A stretch of 64,000 bases of DNA from a virus (taxonomy: Duplodnaviria; Caudoviricetes). Made by a program: the position numbers and the translations under genes. The stretch lies in the IMG/VR virus record IMGVR_UViG_3300020399_000132, positions 32,001 through 96,000 of that record; one strand, written 5' to 3'. The notes under the pieces are model-generated. The model made no database searches. It saw only the letters and a program-made list of their open reading frames with translations, and was not told the origin of the DNA. Below, piece by piece: positions 56,873 to 64,000 of the stretch (its first letter is position 1; each line of letters opens with the position of its first letter).

Positions 56873-57326
56873 AATCTTCTAAATGACAATAACTAAAACT
56901 ATAAAATACTTTTTTATAATGTTCCAAGGTCTTTAAATATTTTTCATATTCTATTTTCCAAAATTGATTATCAATATAAAATTGTAAAAAAGGTGTCCAA
57001 TGACAATTTTTAAAAACAGTTCCTTTTCCATATTTTTTTTTCCTTTTCTCATTAAGATTATCTGTAGAACATGTTGTTTCTGTTTTATATCCTTCTGCTG
57101 AATCATTTGGAAATATTTTTGTTCGATCAAAACCAGCACTCTTTTGATAATCTTCATATATTAAAAAAAGATATATATCGGGCCCCTCTTCATTAAAAAC
57201 TTTTCGGATTAAATGTTCTTGATAATCAAATCCATAACTTTTATCATCAAAGATTTTTAAGTTTTCTATTGAGAGATCAGATAACTTATTCTTCGGTGCT
57301 ATCATTACATGCGGTAAATCAATCAT
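56847..57326 (-). CDS. Hypothetical protein
   Basis: 159-aa ORF tiled within the operon. Confidence 0.55.
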   Translation of the reverse strand: MIDLPHVMIAPKNKLSDLSIENLKIFDDKSYGFDYQEHLIRKVFNEEGPDIYLFLIYEDYQKSAGFDRTKIFPNDSAEGYKTETTCSTDNLNEKRKKKYGKGTVFKNCHWTPFLQFYIDNQFWKIEYEKYLKTLEHYKKVFYSFSYCHLEDYENWNNWL

Positions 57327-57408
57327 ATATAAATGGATCTAAATCTTCTTTTTCTTTAACAAATTTATATTTAATTCTCAAATAGTGTTTAAGAATATAC
57401 GTTGACAC
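57319..57408 (-). CDS. 29-aa peptide ending DPFIYD, next to the carbamoyltransferase (not in the ORF track)
   Basis: GTG start; MSTYILKHYLRIKYKFVKEKEDLDPFIYD; fills the gap. Confidence 0.45.
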   Translation of the reverse strand: MSTYILKHYLRIKYKFVKEKEDLDPFIYD

Positions 57409-58816
57409 CCGTTTTCTTAGTGAAGGCTTTGGCATCTTCTTTAGTGTTGACAATTGGTTCTCCTTTAATATTTAAAGACGTATTTAATAACACTGGACAT
57501 TTTGTAATATCTTTCCAAATTTGTAATAACGTTTTATGAGGTTCATGCTTAACTACTTGTAATCTGGAAGTCCCATCTAAATGAACAACTCCTGGATACT
57601 TAATTTTAAATTCTTCTGTTGCTTGAAGAGCACAACTCATATACGGCGAAAAAAATCCTCCATTAAAATATTTTGAAACATCTTCTTCTAATATCATTGG
57701 TGCAAAAGGTCTAAAAGGTTCTCTACCTTTTATTTCATTAATTTTATCTTTAATTTTAGGATCTCTTGGATCCCCAAATAAAGTTCTATTACCTAAAGCT
57801 CTCGGCCCAAATTCACATCTACCATTAGCAACTCCAACCACTCTTTTAACCATTAATTCATCTATTATTTCTTGGAACGGAAACGGTCCTTGAATATCAT
57901 AACCAAGATAAGGAGAAGGATCAATGTGGTTTCTTGTTCTTGCAAGAATGCATCCCACAGCAGAACCAGAGTCACCTGGATTAGATGGAATATGGATACG
58001 AGAAAAATAATCTGATAAAAATCTATTGGCACTAACATTTAAAGCACATCCTCCCACAAAAACTATATTACCTGTTTCATTTAATTTATGAATACTAACT
58101 CTTTTTATTATGTCTCTAAAAATGTCTTCATATACCGCTTGAGCAGCAGTAGGAACATCTTCGGGATAAACTTCTGGTCTTTTTGTCCATTCTTTTATTT
58201 TAAGTAAACCTTTATGCCAGGACGTTCCATTATTCCAGAGTTCAAATATTCTTTTATAAACTGGTTCATATGGATATGTCTGTCGGGCTGCAGCTCCCAT
58301 CATAATATATTCTTCTTCATTAGGTTTCCATCCAGCATATTGAGTTAATGCTGAATACATTAAACCTAAAGATTTAGGATATTTCCAATTCCATAACTTC
58401 TTTAACTTTTTACCTTTGGCTTTCCATACAGTTAATGTCTCCCACTCTCCAATCGCATCAATAACCAAAACCATAGTATTATCAAAAGGAGAAGTATAAT
58501 ATCCATATGCTGCATGTGATAAATGATGTGAAGTATATTTCAGTTTATGATTATAAGGAAACTCGGGTGGTTTATAAAATGGTTTTTGTCCGGCATACCA
58601 ACGTCGCGACATTTTTACAAATGGATTTTCATAAAAATAAACTTTGGCTGGTTGCCCGTATTCTTCTAAAACATAATTGAAAAGATTTTCAGGGATTGCC
58701 GGATCGTTCTTTTTTCTAGAAAATCTTTCTGCATCGGTTGCAAATAATAGTTCGCTATTTTCAAATACTGCTATAGCGCCATCATGTGAGCCACAAGTTA
58801 ATCCCCAATAGATCAT
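57389..58816 (-). CDS. NodU/CmcH-family carbamoyltransferase
   Basis: SHDGA, ERFSRKKND, HHLSHAA, DAIGE, GGCALN, EFGPRALGNR, RPFAP, LNTSLN. Confidence 0.93.
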   Translation of the reverse strand: MIYWGLTCGSHDGAIAVFENSELLFATDAERFSRKKNDPAIPENLFNYVLEEYGQPAKVYFYENPFVKMSRRWYAGQKPFYKPPEFPYNHKLKYTSHHLSHAAYGYYTSPFDNTMVLVIDAIGEWETLTVWKAKGKKLKKLWNWKYPKSLGLMYSALTQYAGWKPNEEEYIMMGAAARQTYPYEPVYKRIFELWNNGTSWHKGLLKIKEWTKRPEVYPEDVPTAAQAVYEDIFRDIIKRVSIHKLNETGNIVFVGGCALNVSANRFLSDYFSRIHIPSNPGDSGSAVGCILARTRNHIDPSPYLGYDIQGPFPFQEIIDELMVKRVVGVANGRCEFGPRALGNRTLFGDPRDPKIKDKINEIKGREPFRPFAPMILEEDVSKYFNGGFFSPYMSCALQATEEFKIKYPGVVHLDGTSRLQVVKHEPHKTLLQIWKDITKCPVLLNTSLNIKGEPIVNTKEDAKAFTKKTGVNVYS

Positions 58817-59490
58817 ATTAAATTCTTTTCAAAAATTATATCTTCAACACTCTCATTATTAAACTTCCTCTTTATATATATTGATAATATTTCATGATTA
58901 GATTCGCAAAAATGATTTGATCTCTGGTCTCTAAATTCGGGATCATAATCACTATTAATTTCCCCTCTGGAAACATCCATCAATATTATATCGGCTATTT
59001 CGAATTTATCAATTGATTGTATTTCAAGAACATTATAATTATTACGATTACGTGATGTGGAAAAATATAATACTTTTTCATATTGATCAGACAAAGCTTT
59101 CAGAACACATCTTGCTTTTGTTGCCTTATGATAATCTTTATAGTTCTTATGAAAGTGTTTAACAAATTGCTTATGTTTATGAACATATTCCATACCAGGT
59201 TCAGAAAGCCATTTATCATTTTCCCAATCATGTTCCCACATTACAGCAGCATCGTGTCTTGGGGTTTTTAAAAATTCAAAATGAAATCGGCGAGGTATGG
59301 ATTCTATAAAAATTATTTTACCAGATCTTTCCTTATGACCATTAATAAAATTATCTAAAGACCAATCTATACTTGATCCAGCTAATCCGTAAATAAAAGT
59401 TGGTTCTTCGAGATTATTATACCATCTTTTACTTTGCTCTAGGTGACCACTACAAGGATCACAATATGAATCACCGAATACGTATATCAT
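58813..59490 (-). CDS. SGNH-like hypothetical protein
   Basis: VFGDSY, GLAGSS, NHFCESNH. Confidence 0.55.
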   Translation of the reverse strand: MIYVFGDSYCDPCSGHLEQSKRWYNNLEEPTFIYGLAGSSIDWSLDNFINGHKERSGKIIFIESIPRRFHFEFLKTPRHDAAVMWEHDWENDKWLSEPGMEYVHKHKQFVKHFHKNYKDYHKATKARCVLKALSDQYEKVLYFSTSRNRNNYNVLEIQSIDKFEIADIILMDVSRGEINSDYDPEFRDQRSNHFCESNHEILSIYIKRKFNNESVEDIIFEKNLI

Positions 59491-60199
59491 GAACTTTAAA
59501 GTGAGAACTATCTTGTTCGTGGTTTCCGGTATTCATATCATATGATAAATCAATACCTGTAAATAAACTCATACCATCAACAAATGGTTTATTTCTAACA
59601 TGGAGCCTATAAGACCAATCAGTTCTGGTCCATCTATACATATCCCAATCTTCTCTTTGAGATGTATCGAGATTAAAGATCCATTTCTTATCATTAATAT
59701 GTATTATATGTAATCTAAATTTGCGCAACGGTACAGATTTATTATATACCTTATGTTGCCAATTACCTATTTCTGTGGAAACTGCTGAATAGAATAATTC
59801 AGATAGTGGTTTATATATTTTCTCAAATCTTATAGTAGGTATTTCATCTGGATGATATTGGGTTACTACATTATCTTCTTCAACATAAATCGTTGATTTA
59901 TCGTACTCGCAAACATCTATGCACCAACCTTTTCCTTTAAAAGGGTCGCTTCTTATCCATCTTTCTTCATTTCGCCATATTACATCGAAAGGTTTAAAAA
60001 AATATGCTTGGTCGGGTATACCTAGTTTATTTCTAGGTGGATGTTCTTCATCAAAAACATTATCACTTCTAAGGTCGGGTATGTTCCAAGAAAAATCAAA
60101 TAATAATTTTCTGGGTTTATCTTTCCAATAATTATAAGCCGCTTCAGTCAATTCCCAGGTTGATACTGTGCCGCCTGGACCATTAAGAAAAATTTCCAT
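59471..60199 (-). CDS. Hypothetical protein
   Basis: 242-aa ORF tiled within the operon. Confidence 0.55.
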   Translation of the reverse strand: MEIFLNGPGGTVSTWELTEAAYNYWKDKPRKLLFDFSWNIPDLRSDNVFDEEHPPRNKLGIPDQAYFFKPFDVIWRNEERWIRSDPFKGKGWCIDVCEYDKSTIYVEEDNVVTQYHPDEIPTIRFEKIYKPLSELFYSAVSTEIGNWQHKVYNKSVPLRKFRLHIIHINDKKWIFNLDTSQREDWDMYRWTRTDWSYRLHVRNKPFVDGMSLFTGIDLSYDMNTGNHEQDSSHFKVHDIRIR

Positions 60200-60200
60200 A

Positions 60201-60458
60201 TTAATTCAAATAATAACTTTCTACATCGTCGTCATGACATTCGGGAGACAACTCTGCCATTTTTTTAATTATAGCATGAAGACTATCTACATCTTCCTCA
60301 CCTTGTGGATAAAATTGAGATGATTTATATCCATTTTCTTGAAAGTATTGTTTCACTTCGCGAAGCTCATGTAATTCGAACACGGTCCTATCCACACACA
60401 ATTTACCATCTACAATAGAAATAAATGCTTCATCCATATCTAGATCATTCATATACAT
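60201..60458 (-). CDS. Hypothetical acidic protein
   Basis: 85-aa ORF tiled within the operon. Confidence 0.5.
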   Translation of the reverse strand: MYMNDLDMDEAFISIVDGKLCVDRTVFELHELREVKQYFQENGYKSSQFYPQGEEDVDSLHAIIKKMAELSPECHDDDVESYYLN

Positions 60459-61071
60459 ATTTAGATCTTTTATCTTTAATAGATCTGTATCTTTGATATT
60501 CTTTATTTAATATAATTTCATCAACTTTATGTCTGTTTAAACCTATTATATTATTTTTAGAAAATTTTCCCGGATTACCATACCATAATCCACCTGGCAC
60601 GACAGTTTGTTTACTCGTTATAATTGTTCCCATTCCAAACATACAATAAGAACCTATGGTTTGGTATTGATGGATAATAGTTCCGAAACCTAATTGACAT
60701 CCTTTCATTATATAAACATGACCGCCTAACACTACGTTATTGGTCATTATAACATCATCTTCTATAACACAATCATGGGCGATATGAGAAAGAACCATAA
60801 GATAACAATTATTTCCTATAATAGTTTTTTCAGACCATCTAGTAGGTAAATGTATTGTTGCATATTCTCTAATAATATTATTATCACCTATAATAACTTC
60901 GCCAACAGAATCTTCTTTTCGATGCTGTGCATTTGTACCAATACAAACTCCCGGACCTATTACATTACCAGAACCTATAGAAACTTTTTCCCAATTTACT
61001 ACTGCTGATTCATGTATCTTATTTCCCTCTCCATCATCATGCCATTGATGTGCATATCCATTTAAACTCAT
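60445..61071 (-). CDS. LpxA-like left-handed beta-helix acyltransferase
   Basis: Hexapeptide repeats, IREYATIH, SHIAHDC, IHQY, GNP, NIIGLNR. Confidence 0.8.
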   Translation of the reverse strand: MSLNGYAHQWHDDGEGNKIHESAVVNWEKVSIGSGNVIGPGVCIGTNAQHRKEDSVGEVIIGDNNIIREYATIHLPTRWSEKTIIGNNCYLMVLSHIAHDCVIEDDVIMTNNVVLGGHVYIMKGCQLGFGTIIHQYQTIGSYCMFGMGTIITSKQTVVPGGLWYGNPGKFSKNNIIGLNRHKVDEIILNKEYQRYRSIKDKRSKYVYE

Positions 61072-61811
61072 TTCATTCCTTTTACAAATAAAGGTTCATA
61101 AAGATATTTTTGTTCTTTACCTTCTGTTGAATATTGTTCCGGTTCAAGTTCATATATGATACTAGGCGTTTCATTTCCAACTAACCATTTATGTTTTAAA
61201 GGTGACCAACCTTGTCGAAGATGTCTACAAAAAGCATCTCGATGTGTCCATATTTTATATTTCCCATCTCTTTGTATTCTATAAGAAATGTGATGATCTG
61301 AAGCATTTGTATTACTATACGTTTGTAAAGGATACTCTAATAAAATATTTCTCTTAAAACTACTTATACAAAAACATACAACGCTTACTTCAAAATTATT
61401 TGATGTACTTAATACTTCATCTATTGTAAGATATTTGGGATAATCTTCTCTTTCAGGCCAGCGCTCTTGATCGATAGTTGGTAATCTACTTGTAGCCACA
61501 TTAGAGATTGTACTCATCGCCTCACCGTTCATATGCATATTCACCCATGCGGTAAAAATATCACACTTGGAAACATTTTGTAAAACTGTATCAACAGCTC
61601 TCTTATAAAGAATAGCATCATCTGAATTTACCAAATAATGTGAATAATTTGTTTCTCTTACAAACTTATTCATTTGCTCACATACTTGAGGTTCTGTAAA
61701 CGCTCTAAACCATACTTTCGGGATATTTATATTGGCACGATTAGTTTCTATTGGAATAGCCAATTCTCTTGGCTGCATTTGCATTAGAACAGGATTAAAC
61801 GTCATACCCAA
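61068..61811 (-). CDS. Putative GT-A glycosyltransferase
   Basis: VNSDD DxD-like motif, ASDHHIS, late His; glycosyltransferase neighbourhood. Confidence 0.45.
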   Translation of the reverse strand: MGMTFNPVLMQMQPRELAIPIETNRANINIPKVWFRAFTEPQVCEQMNKFVRETNYSHYLVNSDDAILYKRAVDTVLQNVSKCDIFTAWVNMHMNGEAMSTISNVATSRLPTIDQERWPEREDYPKYLTIDEVLSTSNNFEVSVVCFCISSFKRNILLEYPLQTYSNTNASDHHISYRIQRDGKYKIWTHRDAFCRHLRQGWSPLKHKWLVGNETPSIIYELEPEQYSTEGKEQKYLYEPLFVKGMK

Positions 61812-62521
61812 TTTTTTAATAATTCTATATTAAAACTTTTATTATAAAGTTGTTGTATTTTAGGTATACCATGAAAATATACGATACTTGTGGTTTTCAA
61901 AAGTATTGGGGATTTCATTATATGCATTTTATAACTATGAATTCTATTAGGGAATCCAATATCTATTCTGGGGACCTTTCCATCGGCATTATATAACCTT
62001 CTCATCATTGCTAATTCTGATGGTGTATTCCATGGGGGTATAGTACATTCTCTTATAATCCATTCTTTTTGATTTATCCAAATATTCCAAATCTCATTTG
62101 CTGTTTTATCACTAACGATACTAATAGCATTACATACTTCATCTTTCTTTATTATTCCTTCTCCTGCCATTGGATCAGACACAAGTCCAATATCTAAAGA
62201 AAAAGAAAGAATGTCATCTATATTAGAACAAATAATCGTATCCAGACCAATAGTCATTCTACGATTTGTTGTAATATCAGGTCTATAAAGTTCTGCTAGA
62301 AGAGACCAACCAGGAACAGTTGAATCTAAAAAGGGAATTGGTTTAATAGGTTCTTTAAAATTATAATCTTCGTCAACTAAACAAAACAATTCCCAATCAA
62401 TTGTAATGTTCCTCTTTAATCCCCGATATAATTTATCTACCCATTCTGGGGAATAAATGTCTACTGAATGAGGCAAGCCTCTTCCGGTTCCTTTAAAGAG
62501 ACCACATATAATTGAAATCAC
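61802..62521 (-). CDS. Putative GT-A glycosyltransferase
   Basis: YSPEWVDKLYRGLKRN, GLDTII, SYK, IVYFHGIPK. Confidence 0.65.
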   Translation of the reverse strand: MISIICGLFKGTGRGLPHSVDIYSPEWVDKLYRGLKRNITIDWELFCLVDEDYNFKEPIKPIPFLDSTVPGWSLLAELYRPDITTNRRMTIGLDTIICSNIDDILSFSLDIGLVSDPMAGEGIIKKDEVCNAISIVSDKTANEIWNIWINQKEWIIRECTIPPWNTPSELAMMRRLYNADGKVPRIDIGFPNRIHSYKMHIMKSPILLKTTSIVYFHGIPKIQQLYNKSFNIELLKNWV

Positions 62522-62760
62522 GTTCCGTTAAAATGCTCCACTAGATCATTATAATCACCGACATATTCTCCATTTAAAATTATCTGGGGAACTTTTTTAC
62601 TATGAGTGACTTGCATTAAATTCCAGAAAAACTTTTTATCACTATCTATAATTGTATATTTAATACCTTTTTGATCTAATAAATCTTTTGACTTGTCACA
62701 CCAATCACATTCGGGAACTGATTGATGTCTCACTAGAACATTATTTAATTCTATATTCAT
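62518..62760 (-). CDS. Glutaredoxin
   Basis: CDWC, KVPQI, YVGDYNDL. Confidence 0.88.
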   Translation of the reverse strand: MNIELNNVLVRHQSVPECDWCDKSKDLLDQKGIKYTIIDSDKKFFWNLMQVTHSKKVPQIILNGEYVGDYNDLVEHFNGT

Positions 62761-62845
62761 TATTTTATATCTTCTTTTATACTAGTATGATAACCCTCTT
62801 GCAGTATATGCCGTTGCACAGGTTATCATACCAACTCAAATTTAA

Positions 62846-63331
62846 TTACTTCTTCGGAGCTTTGAAGGGCTGCTTCAGCTTTTTTGCTAAATCAGACTTT
62901 TCTGATTTCTTCATAGGGTCCGCAGTACCATGTTGCACACTGTTCTGCCCTTTTCCCTTGTAATCAGGGCCCCAGTTCTTGTGGTCGTCTCGTGCGCTTC
63001 TGCCGTCAGCGGCTATGTCCGAAATTTTCGGTTCCTTATCATAATTTTTTCCGGTTCCTCTGTGCGGATTGTCATGCTCTGGGGGCTTTCTCTTATAACG
63101 TCTCGGATCATTTTCACCCGCGCCGGACTGTCCGGGTTCTGCAGGGTGGCCTTTTGCATTCGCCATGTGGTCTTTATGCTTGTCGCGGTATGGAATTCCA
63201 CCTTGGTGCGGTATATCTTCTCGGTCTCTTTTTGCTTGCTGACCGCGCGTTTTAATGTTCGGCTTTTCGCCACGCGCTTTGATTGCATCAGCGACTCTAT
63301 CTTCATCTAAAAATTCTTTAAAAGACTTCAT
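62846..63331 (-). CDS. Probable internal head protein (disordered, basic)
   Basis: MKSFKEFLDE resembles the T4 capsid-targeting sequence MKTYQEFIAE. Confidence 0.65.
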   Translation of the reverse strand: MKSFKEFLDEDRVADAIKARGEKPNIKTRGQQAKRDREDIPHQGGIPYRDKHKDHMANAKGHPAEPGQSGAGENDPRRYKRKPPEHDNPHRGTGKNYDKEPKISDIAADGRSARDDHKNWGPDYKGKGQNSVQHGTADPMKKSEKSDLAKKLKQPFKAPKK

Positions 63332-63999
63332 ACACGTTTCCCACCTAAATGTGCTGCTACTTGTGCAACGAAAGAATCTTCGGGTATAAGAGCATTTGAA
63401 CTTGCTTCACCTGGATCAAAGGAATTTGATACATAGTAACCCTGATCTTCATCATCTCTTCGCTTCTGACTGTCTTGACCGCGCCAGTCGGTATGTCTCT
63501 GCTGATCGCTTTTCCCTCCGGTCTTCCCTTTTCTCTTCTGCCCCATTTCTCCTGCGGCCTTTGCAGCGGAAGATTTTGTGTCACCTTTTTCGGGGTAGTC
63601 TTTTCTATCAGTATAAGTTTGGAATTTGTCCGTTTGTCTTTTTCGCTTAGCGTCTGATTTTGCAGTTTTAGTTGTTCCTAGATCTGATTTCTGGGAGCTT
63701 GGATTATCGCGGATATCATTATAAGCTTTATCGGCTGCGCGTGATGTCAAATCTGAACTTAATTCATCGACGGGTTCTACTGCTTCAGTTTTTTTTTCGG
63801 GGGGAATACCCTGTCGAACTTGACCATACTTCTTTGCCATTGCTCGGTTTTTGGCTATCGCTTTTTCATTCGCTTCTGGGTCGCCGGTGATCCCTTCTTC
63901 AGTGGGTTCTACTTCTTCCTTTTTTGCAAACTGAGGTGGAACTTTTCCTTTTTTGGATTTGCCATCATCGTCATCATCGTCATCATCTGAATCCGAATC
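63328..63999 (-). CDS. Repetitive internal-protein-like ORF, partial (5' end beyond the window)
   Basis: Frame stays open upstream of 63840 to the window edge (DSDSDDDDDDDDGKSKKGKVPPQFAKKEE...); VDELSSDLTSRAADKAY resembles the repeats in 29254..32484. Confidence 0.65.
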   Translation of the reverse strand, partial: DSDSDDDDDDDDGKSKKGKVPPQFAKKEEVEPTEEGITGDPEANEKAIAKNRAMAKKYGQVRQGIPPEKKTEAVEPVDELSSDLTSRAADKAYNDIRDNPSSQKSDLGTTKTAKSDAKRKRQTDKFQTYTDRKDYPEKGDTKSSAAKAAGEMGQKRKGKTGGKSDQQRHTDWRGQDSQKRRDDEDQGYYVSNSFDPGEASSNALIPEDSFVAQVAAHLGGKRV

Positions 64000-64000
64000 A

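Noticed and set aside
1840-63890. Many short ORFs in the track that are antisense to or nested in long genes (e.g. 3336..3686, 20990..21439, 36261..36608, 62930..63310)
   Set aside because: These are shadow frames of well-supported minus-strand genes, with no SD or recognisable motifs.
1-64000. Stop-codon reassignment linked to the unusual tRNA
   Set aside because: Genes tile densely under the standard code, and conserved genes end in TAA, TAG (gp43) and TGA (gp41, gp45). The tRNA anticodon is GUU, not a suppressor.

Overview
This AT-rich 64-kb window is part of a large T4-like myophage genome, resembling marine T4-like phages, and nearly all genes lie on the minus strand. It contains the T4-type replication module (gp45, gp44, gp62, regA, gp43, uvsX, gp41, gp61, RNase H) and nucleotide metabolism genes (class II NrdJ, ThyX, dUTPase, 5'-nucleotidase, glutaredoxin). 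It also carries a block of probable capsid-packaged internal proteins and fibre-like virion proteins, and three accessory enzyme islands: halogenase/radical-SAM/2OG tailoring enzymes at 1-11.1 kb, heptose and glycosyltransferase genes at 14.8-18.8 kb, and carbamoyltransferase/LpxA-like/glycosyltransferase genes at 56-62.5 kb. The most unusual element is a plus-strand unit at 54.45-55.45 kb behind a T4-type late-promoter motif. It encodes an AsnRS-like class II synthetase catalytic core with no anticodon-binding domain, followed 3 nt after its stop codon by a 111-nt tRNA-Asn(GUU) with a type-II-like D arm, U37 and a 39-nt hairpin variable arm. I infer this may be a dedicated, non-canonical synthetase/tRNA pair. 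Other notable items are a GC-rich structured RNA at 41673-41758, a ROSE-like RNA thermometer before hsp20, and capsid-targeting sequences on a ligase-like, a nucleotidyltransferase-like and a nuclease-like protein. All calls come from reading motifs by eye; no database searches were run.
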